Shown: positions 8,867 through 15,988 of the stretch, in pieces
Numbering within the stretch: position 1 is the stretch's first letter
How the letters are laid out: every line of letters begins with the position of its first letter
Virus record (IMG/VR): IMGVR_UViG_3300041411_000129
Coordinates: 189,922-253,921 of that record
DNA length: 64,000 nucleotides
Reading direction: 5' to 3' (one strand)
The notes under the pieces: model-generated
Told to the model about the DNA's origin: nothing
Database searches by the model: none
Seen by the model: the letters and a program-made list of their open reading frames with translations, nothing else
Made by a program: the position numbers and the translations under genes

Positions 8867-9018
8867 GACTTCTATAGCTCAGTTGGTAGAGCGTCGTCAC
8901 TCTCTTTAGGTCGCGGGTTCGAGTCCCGTATCCCCAGCAACGGGGATTAGCTCAGTCGGTAGAGCAGAAGAAAATTACGAGACGAAGGTCGTAGGTTCAA
9001 TCCCTGCTAGAAGTCCCA
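8867..9018 (+). ncRNA. double-elbow tRNA-like RNA: outer His-type body with a complete circularly permuted tRNA in place of the anticodon loop
   Basis: Outer GACTTCTA/TAGAAGTC-CCA and TCGTC/GACGA; inner ATCCCC-AGCAAC-GGGGAT and GAAGA/TCTTT; two D arms and two T arms. Confidence 0.8.
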
Positions 9019-9023
9019 ATTAA

Positions 9024-9102
9024 TGATGCAAGCCTGCGCCCGACACTAAGAGCCCGACGATAGTCATATAGCTCACTACGTTGGCCGCAGGCGGCATCAC
9101 CC
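9024..9102 (+). ncRNA. long interrupted hairpin RNA between tRNA units
   Basis: TGATGC/GCATCA, GCCTGCG/CGCAGGC, CCGAC/GTTGG, GAGC/GCTC stems; ends ACCC. Confidence 0.55.
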
Positions 9103-9107
9103 TACAC

Positions 9108-9184
9108 GCGTTCATAGTTCAGCTGGTTAGAATACTCGCCTGTCACGCGAGAGGTCGGGGGTTCGAGTCCCCCTGGACGCGCCA
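9108..9184 (+). tRNA. trnD: tRNA-Asp (GTC)
   Basis: GCGTTCA/TGGACGC acceptor, CTCGC-CTGTCAC-GCGAG, T arm, GCCA end. Confidence 0.95.
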
Positions 9185-9200
9185 TATTCAAATGCTTCAT

Positions 9201-9327
9201 GATTCGCATAGCTCAGTGGTAGAGCGCCCCCACAACGGTTCGACTCCGTACGCATCCATCCTTCGGTTTGGGTGTGACCTGGATAACATGGGGGAGGTCG
9301 ATGGTTCAAGTCCATCTGTGAATCCCA
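9201..9327 (+). ncRNA. double-elbow tRNA-like RNA 2 (His-type acceptor; nested T arm plus UUCG-capped stem)
   Basis: GATTCGCA/TGTGAATC-CCA, CCCCCA/TGGGGG; insert ACGG-TTCGACT-CCGT then CGCATCCA..TTCG..TGGGTGTG then ACCTGGATAACA. Confidence 0.75.
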
Positions 9328-9333
9328 ATTCAA

Positions 9334-9404
9334 TGATCCTTGCAGCGGCTGCGCCTGAGTAAATGCTGTCTTAACTTGACGTTACGGCGTCAAGAGGATC
9401 ACCC
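9334..9404 (+). ncRNA. branched small RNA with minihelix-like stack
   Basis: TGATCCT/AGGATCA directly abutting CTTGACG/CGTCAAG; ends ACCC. Confidence 0.5.
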
Positions 9405-9411
9405 GTTACAC

Positions 9412-9497
9412 GGAGAGGTTCCCGAGCGGTCAAAGGGATCAGACTGTAAATCTGACGCCTAACAGCTTCGAAGGTTCGAATCCTTCTCTCTCCACCA
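9412..9497 (+). tRNA. trnY: tRNA-Tyr (GTA)
   Basis: GGAGAGG/TCTCTCC acceptor, TCAGA-CTGTAAA-TCTGA, long variable arm, ACCA end. Confidence 0.95.
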
Positions 9498-9518
9498 TTT
9501 ACCGCTTTACCGGTTTAT

Positions 9519-9651
9519 CCCTTGGTCAGCCGAAAGGGGCTGGGCGGCTATCTGTTCGATACGGTACGTGAGCGCTTTAGGCAGCTGGCCATAGGCCGCT
9601 CACGTTCGTCGTTCAGAAGCGTCGAGAGTTCAACTCTCTCACTCGGGGCCA
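9519..9651 (+). ncRNA. tRNA-like RNA 3 with nested T-loop module
   Basis: GAGAG-TTCAACT-CTCTC-ACTCGGG-G-CCA 3' end; CTGGGCGGC/GTCGTTCAG arm enclosing CTG-TTCGATA-CGG and ACGTGAGCG/CGCTCACGT. Confidence 0.6.
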
Positions 9652-9655
9652 TACA

Positions 9656-9793
9656 TGACTCCCTGTGGGACATAGGGGCTATAGCTTCGTTCGTGTTAGT
9701 TGTGTGTAGCGGTCTGCTCTGCGGAGCGCGGCCCAACATGGGAACGAGGGTTTCTGATTATCGCCGGGTGTTCGGTAATCAGAGATGGAGTCA
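9656..9793 (+). ncRNA. multi-branch structured RNA
   Basis: TGACTCC/GGAGTCA closing stem; TTCGTTC/GAACGAG; 13-bp TTTCTGATTATCG/CGGTAATCAGAGA. Confidence 0.55.
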
Positions 9794-9801
9794 ACATACA
9801 T

Positions 9802-9913
9802 GGCAAGATGATCTCTGCGAAGATGATCGGAGTACACTCTAGAAGAGTGACTTAACTAGTGCAGTTAAGGACCTAACCGTTACTGAGGTTCGATTCCTCG
9901 TCTTGTCTCACCA
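9802..9913 (+). ncRNA. tRNA-like RNA with T arm and CCA but extra hairpins instead of an anticodon arm
   Basis: GGCAAGA/TCTTGTC, TGAGG-TTCGATT-CCTCG, ends CACCA; internal CACTCT/AGAGTG and CTTAACT/AGTTAAG. Confidence 0.6.
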
Positions 9914-9915
9914 AA

Positions 9916-9946
9916 CATAAAGCCCGGCATTCCGCCGGGCTTTATG
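9916..9946. repeat. CATA-GC stem-TATG palindromic hairpin (family of ~11 copies; likely terminator)
   Basis: CATAAAGCCCGGC-ATTCC-GCCGGGCTTTATG; near-identical at 47056, 56955, 59902, 60928. Confidence 0.75.
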
Positions 9947-9971
9947 CTGTCACTAACTAAACTGAAGAGAA

Positions 9972-10493
9972 ATGCAAATGACCACTACCTCACGACCAGC
10001 CTACGACTTTAAGGCAATGGTGCAGAGTTTGATCGAACCGTTTACCACTAATGCTGAGTGGTTTGAAGAATGCCGGCTGATGATCGGTTGTGATGACGGC
10101 CATTACTTGAAGGAATTCAAGACCGTCGGTATCGCAGGTCCTCGGCAATGTGGTAAGACGAAGATGCTAATGGAGCTCTTCAGTGTAACACCTGATAGTC
10201 TTTACGTGGTTCCTAATCTGCCACTGAAGAACGCATTAATTGGCTGGGCTACTAATCCAGTTAGTGAGCGTGGTTATGGATTGACGATCCCTGTTGATCG
10301 AGTCGTTACCTCGTATGACATTAAACAAGCTATCAACGCCGTCAAGCACGGCGGTGAGGATACCTTGCCCAAGGCTAGCACTATCTTCGTTGATAGTCCT
10401 TACGGTGTCTTTAGCGAGCTCAGAAAGGCCAAGTTTTATAACTGGCTCGCTGAACGCGGTGGCCACAAACAAATCATCATCACAATTGAATAA
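9972..10493 (+). CDS. P-loop NTPase-like protein
   Basis: Walker A GPRQCGKT; IFVD Walker B-like. Confidence 0.6.
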   Translation: MQMTTTSRPAYDFKAMVQSLIEPFTTNAEWFEECRLMIGCDDGHYLKEFKTVGIAGPRQCGKTKMLMELFSVTPDSLYVVPNLPLKNALIGWATNPVSERGYGLTIPVDRVVTSYDIKQAINAVKHGGEDTLPKASTIFVDSPYGVFSELRKAKFYNWLAERGGHKQIIITIE

Positions 10494-10505
10494 GTGAGTA
10501 GCAGC

Positions 10506-10697
10506 ATGTCCCATCGTGAAATCGATGCAGAAGTCGAAGAGTTGTTGAAGTCGGTTACTAACACCGGTATCAAACAACTCAAGTGCTGCAATGCCACTAA
10601 CCAGAAAGCTCTCAATGAGCTGGTTAATGACATCAACGCCGCCTTCACTAAGGCTGCGCGCGCCTCTACTAAAACCCCCGGTAGCACCGTCCTTTAA
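10506..10697 (+). CDS. hypothetical protein
   Basis: Short ORF in operon. Confidence 0.5.
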   Translation: MSHREIDAEVEELLKSVTNTGIKQLKCCNATNQKALNELVNDINAAFTKAARASTKTPGSTVL

Positions 10698-10713
10698 GAT
10701 CTAGGAGTTTCAC

Positions 10714-11124
10714 ATGTCTGAAGTAACTGAAGTAAAGCCAGTTGTACAAATGGCAAACCAACAACGCCTTCTGGAAATGATGGGTGAGTTCCACACCCGT
10801 GATGAGATCGACGTTCCAGCGTTCTTCGAACGTGTGCGGGAGTGGGTGGCTATCCCTGAAGACGACCGCTATTCGATCGAGCTGATCGGTCTGAACATCG
10901 TCTGGTTTGCTGCGGTGATCGATAAGATCTACCCGAGCGTGGTCGACGAATACGGCGACGACATCAAGAAGTTCGAAGCGTTCATTACCGAGCGTCTTGG
11001 CAAACACGCCAAGTACGTACGTTCCGGCGTCCTGTACCAGAACTCCCTCAAGAACTGGCTGTGTAAGTTCAACTGGGAAACTGCGCTCAAGATCCCACTG
11101 TCCTTCACTCTGCGTGATCGGTAA
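10714..11124 (+). CDS. hypothetical protein
   Basis: AGGAG SD. Confidence 0.75.
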   Translation: MSEVTEVKPVVQMANQQRLLEMMGEFHTRDEIDVPAFFERVREWVAIPEDDRYSIELIGLNIVWFAAVIDKIYPSVVDEYGDDIKKFEAFITERLGKHAKYVRSGVLYQNSLKNWLCKFNWETALKIPLSFTLRDR

Positions 11125-11134
11125 GGGGGGGGGG
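11125..11134 (+). repeat. G10 homopolymer at RBS position
   Basis: TAA-G10-TGTA-ATG. Confidence 0.8.
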
Positions 11135-11138
11135 TGTA

Positions 11139-11498
11139 ATGTTCGTACCTTTCAAAGTCCCTGACCTTGAAGGCGCTACAGAGGCCACACCAGCTCGAGT
11201 ATGGGTTGGTCTGGTCGATGTAGTGAAGACCTTCAAATGGGCGCTTGTAGGAGCTGCCAAGCAGAAGCAGCTCAGCTTTAAGCAAGCCACCGAACTGCTC
11301 AACGATCCTACTACGCCAGAAGACTGGCAGGTGGTTCGTGAATTAATCCAGATTATGTTTTCTAAACATCCGGAGGGGTACATTCTTAAGCGATCCGTCG
11401 GCCTTGGTACTAAAGAGACGTTGAACGTCAGACTCAATCGAGTCGGTAAGTGCAAGGTTAAGCTCAACATCTATTCGGTTAGGTTAGGGCGCTACTAA
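11139..11498 (+). CDS. hypothetical protein
   Basis: 119-aa ORF. Confidence 0.65.
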   Translation: MFVPFKVPDLEGATEATPARVWVGLVDVVKTFKWALVGAAKQKQLSFKQATELLNDPTTPEDWQVVRELIQIMFSKHPEGYILKRSVGLGTKETLNVRLNRVGKCKVKLNIYSVRLGRY

Positions 11499-11507
11499 GG
11501 AGCGGTT

Positions 11508-11744
11508 ATGTTAGGTACAGGAATTATCGGAAGAAGAACGTATTCGTGGCCGGAGTATTATCATCACGAGTATGACCGCTACGGTACACGACGGAGCGCG
11601 ATGTATTACTTCCCCCTCAAGGATGAGCAATCCCCGCTTCGGCTGAGTTGGAAAGAGGAAGCGAAACGTCCTTGGCTGAAGCCTAAACCGAAAGCTAAAG
11701 AGATCTCTTCTAATCTCTACAAGCTTCTCGCCCGTTCTAATTAA
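11508..11744 (+). CDS. hypothetical protein
   Basis: AAGGAG SD. Confidence 0.6.
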   Translation: MLGTGIIGRRTYSWPEYYHHEYDRYGTRRSAMYYFPLKDEQSPLRLSWKEEAKRPWLKPKPKAKEISSNLYKLLARSN

Positions 11745-11749
11745 TCGGA

Positions 11750-11974
11750 GTGATCGAAATGCATGAACCAAGCAAAACACCTATCGCCGATTTGGGCGAT
11801 GACTTCGAACCGGAGTCGCAAGAGGACTTCGCGGAACGTCAACTGACTGGCGAGTTTGATGGCAAGTCGGAAGATGAAATCCGCGACATCTATGTCCGTG
11901 AAGAAGCGGACGACAATCACGAGCATGAGCAACGACTCATTGATGAGGAGGAAGCTGCGGATGACGATGACTAA
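11750..11974 (+). CDS. small highly acidic protein
   Basis: Asp/Glu-dominated 74-aa ORF (start may be ATG 11759). Confidence 0.6.
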   Translation: MIEMHEPSKTPIADLGDDFEPESQEDFAERQLTGEFDGKSEDEIRDIYVREEADDNHEHEQRLIDEEEAADDDD

Positions 11975-12251
11975 TATCGATCTCAAGGCTCACGTCCAAA
12001 GAACAATGGATGCTGCCTTACAGTACTTCGTAGGGACTAAGAAGCTTTCGTTCAAGGAGTTTGATTCAGACTTAGGACCTTTCCTTGAGGCCCACCTGAA
12101 ACAACTTCCGCGTTATGAGCGACTGAGCTATAAGCTCCATTCGTTCCCTGATGGTGATCACTTTGACATCGGTATCGTATTCGATGGCGGCTTTGTAGCC
12201 GCGCAGCTGTTCGAGGTTGATCCGATCAAATCATCGACAACCTTTCATTAA
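11961..12251 (+). CDS. hypothetical protein
   Basis: GAGGAGG SD before ATG 11961. Confidence 0.6.
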   Translation: MTMTNIDLKAHVQRTMDAALQYFVGTKKLSFKEFDSDLGPFLEAHLKQLPRYERLSYKLHSFPDGDHFDIGIVFDGGFVAAQLFEVDPIKSSTTFH

Positions 12252-12300
12252 CGACATAGATCCCCGGCCAAGTGCCGGGGATCTATGCTCTTTCTTTTTT

Positions 12301-12555
12301 TTACTTCTTGAAGAGTGCATCATGGCGGGCCTGTAGATCGTTGAGGGCTAAACCACTACCGCACTGACCACAGTTACCACGACAGGTATTACAAACAACT
12401 TCACCATCTACCGTAATGAAGTCCTGATACTTCATGTCGTTGTGGTATTGAAGCTTAGCCGTAGCCACCTCCGCTGTATCACTTGGCGGGAAGAGTGACT
12501 TAGCCCACAGTTTGATTTTGTATGGAATCATTTCAAGCACCGTTTGCACAGACAA
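12301..12555 (-). CDS. small Cys-cluster protein
   Basis: CNTCRGNCGQCG motif; downstream of RNR on same strand. Confidence 0.6.
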   Translation of the reverse strand: MSVQTVLEMIPYKIKLWAKSLFPPSDTAEVATAKLQYHNDMKYQDFITVDGEVVCNTCRGNCGQCGSGLALNDLQARHDALFKK

Positions 12556-12731
12556 ACATCGCCAGCATCAGCAGCTTCTGGTTTCGACTCTCGTGTCACG
12601 GTCATGCACCAGCAAGTACTAGCAGACTTACCATCTGTCATAGCGCAGTATGCGGGTGCTTTGCACTCAGGGCAGGTGTGAGTGTTGGTTTGAGCTTTAA
12701 GTTGATCCAGAAGCTCCATGTGGACGCTCAT
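12528..12731 (-). CDS. cysteine-rich CWC family protein
   Basis: CPEC-x5-C...CWC...CLCKRCL pattern. Confidence 0.7.
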   Translation of the reverse strand: MSVHMELLDQLKAQTNTHTCPECKAPAYCAMTDGKSASTCWCMTVTRESKPEAADAGDVCLCKRCLK

Positions 12732-12786
12732 GCAGTATTTCTCTGTATAGGGAGTGAAAGGGAGACCCGAAGGTCTCCCAGTTAGA

Positions 12787-15030
12787 TCACTTGAAGATAA
12801 CTTCGCAGGTATCGCCGTTGCAGGCGATGGCACCCATGGTGTCAACTTCGGTGTACGTTTGCTTCTTCAGCTCATCGGAGAAGTCGATAGGCTTCAGTGC
12901 GCGGGTGATGTTCTCCCACTTGTGAAGGTTATAGACATCCTTCAGGCAGAAGGTCATCAGCTCGATGTTGCCACCGAAGTAGTTGTTGGCAAACTTCTTG
13001 GCACGACGAACCCAGTCACGAGGCAGCAGGTGTTCGGAATTGTCGTCTTCGAAGGTCATGCCGAAACCTTGAGCAGTGTCGCACGCAGCCCAGAGGTTGT
13101 TGGCGAAAGCCTTCATGCCGTCAACGATCAGACCCGATGCAAACATTGCACCTTCGCCGTACTTGGTCATGATTTCCTGAGCAGTCAGGACTTCAGTGAA
13201 CGGAGCCTGAGCGTAAGCCTTGTCACCGGCGCCTGCCATCAGACTGATACCAGCGAAGTACTGACGGTTGTCGAAGATGTACTGCTCGACCTCGGCCCAT
13301 TCTTCGTCAGTGTTGCCGACAGAGATGGTATTCGAGATATTGTGGCGGATGCGTTTGTCGACCGACAGCGAATCGTCGCTACCGTGTTCGATCCAGTGTT
13401 GTTGCGCCAGCTTCACGTATTCCAGCTGTTTGACGCCCAGCAGGTCTTTCTTGAAGATAGCGGTTTCACTGGCCACGATAGGGAACGATACAACCAGAGA
13501 CTTGCCGGTTGGGTCCCAAACGGACTTGTCAACCATTTTCGGGTTATGTTCCAGGAACAGCGGCATTACGGTTTCCTGGTCAGTCATCTGCACGTTGCGG
13601 AAGTAGCGTGCGGAGTGAGCGCCGTGGATACCGGAGTCAGTGCCCAGCAGAACAGATGCGTTGCCAGAAGGCTTGGTAGTAGTCGCACGAGGAGCCGGGT
13701 TGATCCCGATCATCTTGGCGATCTTCTTGTTCCAAACCAGAACCAGCTCAGCGCCGGCCTTCATGTTCGCTTTGTCGAACAGAACGTCAGGGCTGGTCAT
13801 CCAGCCAGTGATGGAGCAGCCCAGGAGGGCTTCACGTTCGGTGATCTCACGGGTAGCATCACCGAGGTAGGTGAAGTTCGTGTAGCCGGCTTGCAGGGTG
13901 CCCAGGATGGCGCTGGCCTTGCACATGCGGAACAGGTTTTCTACCGTGGTGATCTGTGCGCCGTTGCCTTCAGTCAGGTTGCAGAACTGGAAGCCAGAAC
14001 GACCATCTTTGGTGTAAGCACGCAGACCGATTTCAACGCAAGGGTTGAAGCCTTGTTCGGTGTCTTCAGCGAAGATGAAACCAGGCTCGCCGAACTGACG
14101 TACCGACTTCATGATCGCAGCCCATTCATCACGGGTCAGATCTTTACGGATCAGCAGAGCGGAGTTGTTCGAACGACCACGTTGCGGGTTGGCGTCGAAC
14201 CAGTTACCGGTCTTGGCAGTCATCATCTCGATGTCATCTTTCGAGAAGATGCAGATGGTGGCAGCGCGACGGATACCGCCGGACAGAACAGCGTCAGCCA
14301 TGTGCATGACGAAGTCATACGCGTGGATCGGCTTGAGGTTCAGTTCAAGATCAGGGTGAGCGATACCGTCCAGCAATTCACGGCATTTCTCGATGGAGCG
14401 TTGCAGGCCGTCTGGACCTGGGGCTTTGAAGCCGCCGGAGATCAGGGCGCCGCGTGGGCGGATCTGCGAGTAGTCGAAGTGGACTTGCTTGCCCTGGTAT
14501 TCAGGGAAGGTGCCACCATCGATGAAGTACGAAGACAGCAGCACGCCGAATGCGTCAGCCCAGCCTTCGATCGAATCAGGAATCTGGAAGACCTTGGCTT
14601 CGTCGCCAGAAGGTGCGGTGATCTTCGGCAACTTGGCGATGTGGTGCTTCTGTACAGAGAAGCCTACGCCGCAACCGGCCAGCAGCAGGTACATGGCGTG
14701 TTGGAAGAACTCAGCACGGTCGCAGTAACTGAACGAGCAGTTGTACATGCGAGCTTCGTGTTGGAAGATCTGTGGACCACCGAATTGCAGAGCGCGCTGT
14801 GCGCCCAGTACTGCCTTGTCCTTGTAAGCCTGTTCAGCGAATGCAATCGCTTCTTCCAGCTCAGGAGTCATCTTGTCCGCGTATTTCTCGCGGTGCATGT
14901 TCATCACACGCTCTACAGCTTCTTCCCAGGTTTCATACCGCCCGTGCTGCTCAGACCAGCGCGAATACCCCATTACGAACTTGGAGTCCGACAGCATGGC
15001 TTTGGCGATTGGTTGGAAATTGAAATCCAT
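12787..15030 (-). CDS. nrdJ: ribonucleotide reductase, monomeric class II (NrdJ)-type catalytic subunit
   Basis: MYNCS, GCGVGFS, IPDSIEGW, FNPCVEI finger loop, KPSGNAS, YAQAPF, C-terminal CNGDTC. Confidence 0.8.
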   Translation of the reverse strand: MDFNFQPIAKAMLSDSKFVMGYSRWSEQHGRYETWEEAVERVMNMHREKYADKMTPELEEAIAFAEQAYKDKAVLGAQRALQFGGPQIFQHEARMYNCSFSYCDRAEFFQHAMYLLLAGCGVGFSVQKHHIAKLPKITAPSGDEAKVFQIPDSIEGWADAFGVLLSSYFIDGGTFPEYQGKQVHFDYSQIRPRGALISGGFKAPGPDGLQRSIEKCRELLDGIAHPDLELNLKPIHAYDFVMHMADAVLSGGIRRAATICIFSKDDIEMMTAKTGNWFDANPQRGRSNNSALLIRKDLTRDEWAAIMKSVRQFGEPGFIFAEDTEQGFNPCVEIGLRAYTKDGRSGFQFCNLTEGNGAQITTVENLFRMCKASAILGTLQAGYTNFTYLGDATREITEREALLGCSITGWMTSPDVLFDKANMKAGAELVLVWNKKIAKMIGINPAPRATTTKPSGNASVLLGTDSGIHGAHSARYFRNVQMTDQETVMPLFLEHNPKMVDKSVWDPTGKSLVVSFPIVASETAIFKKDLLGVKQLEYVKLAQQHWIEHGSDDSLSVDKRIRHNISNTISVGNTDEEWAEVEQYIFDNRQYFAGISLMAGAGDKAYAQAPFTEVLTAQEIMTKYGEGAMFASGLIVDGMKAFANNLWAACDTAQGFGMTFEDDNSEHLLPRDWVRRAKKFANNYFGGNIELMTFCLKDVYNLHKWENITRALKPIDFSDELKKQTYTEVDTMGAIACNGDTCEVIFK

Positions 15031-15252
15031 TGTTTAGCTCCGATGCTCAATATGATGACGTGTAGTTAAGGTGAGTTGATCCCTAATAGGACCTGTTCTT
15101 CGGGTTTATTTTTACGGGTGTTTTTCTTGTTGGCCTATACTATCTTTGACTCGATTTTATACGTTAAAAAGTTACCACGATGGATGATTGTTATAGGCCT
15201 AAATTCCAATGGCTCTTTATTTCTTTTAATAGATCAGGGAGTATACAGATCC

Positions 15253-15927
15253 ATGAATACCGTAGAGAAACTATTACTCAAAGCACTGAACGACATCTCA
15301 GACTTCGAAGCCAGTACAGGTAACGGAATACCTTTCATCAAGAATATCATCGATAAAGTCACCATCGACTATCATAACGCTGTAATGGGGCGTAAAGACC
15401 CAATTCAATGGAACCCAGCAGAACCCCCTCAGGACGCACGTAACTGCAAGGATCATCCAGCAGTACGTAACACTGACTACATGGAAGTTCATCACCTGAC
15501 GGGTACGTCAGGTTGTTCTCCAAAGTATCCTCACTGGACGTGGCCGGTGCTTGGCGTTATTGAAAGCGGATCAAGCAAACAACTGGTAGTTCCTGGCGAT
15601 TGGATCTTCGAGCCAATAGAAGGTCAGTACGTCATAATCAGCGCGATTCAGTACAGCGCTATCTTCGGCGAACAACCTTCCCGGCTTCTGAACTGTACAG
15701 AACTTCATTGCGCCGCCACATGGCTGCGACACAAACACAATCTCGATAACGATAAGTACAGGTCGCAATTCGCTGAACTTGTCGAAGAGGTTGGTCTAAA
15801 GGGTGGCGATGAGCTCACTCCGAAACAACTGGAGTCCATTCTGATGAGGGGCTTCGCGGTTGATCGCGCTGACCTTATAGAGGCGTACGACGCTTACCTG
15901 AATTGGCCTGAACAGCAACGTAAATAA
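15253..15927 (+). CDS. hypothetical protein
   Basis: GGGAG SD before ATG 15253. Confidence 0.65.
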   Translation: MNTVEKLLLKALNDISDFEASTGNGIPFIKNIIDKVTIDYHNAVMGRKDPIQWNPAEPPQDARNCKDHPAVRNTDYMEVHHLTGTSGCSPKYPHWTWPVLGVIESGSSKQLVVPGDWIFEPIEGQYVIISAIQYSAIFGEQPSRLLNCTELHCAATWLRHKHNLDNDKYRSQFAELVEEVGLKGGDELTPKQLESILMRGFAVDRADLIEAYDAYLNWPEQQRK

Positions 15928-15988
15928 ACACAGACCTACATTACTAAATAGAGCAACATCCCTAAACCCCGTAACAAGGAAGCGTCAC

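Noticed and set aside
8867-9018. Two ordinary tandem tRNA pseudogenes
   Set aside because: Neither linear unit closes its own acceptor or anticodon stem, while all four stems close in the swapped register
9233-9288. Group I or BHB-type tRNA intron
   Set aside because: Too short for a group I core; no clear bulge-helix-bulge; the insert is itself T-arm/acceptor-like
7761-9842. Short ORFs across the tRNA cluster and the N-terminal extension 8075-8185 of the lyase ORF
   Set aside because: They are translations of tRNA/ncRNA sequence; the lyase most plausibly starts at ATG 8186
9802-9913. tmRNA or tRNA-Sec
   Set aside because: Too short for tmRNA and no tag ORF; no UCA anticodon loop
12754-15069. 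771-aa + strand ORF
   Set aside because: Antisense shadow of the RNR gene caused by codon bias; no SD or motifs
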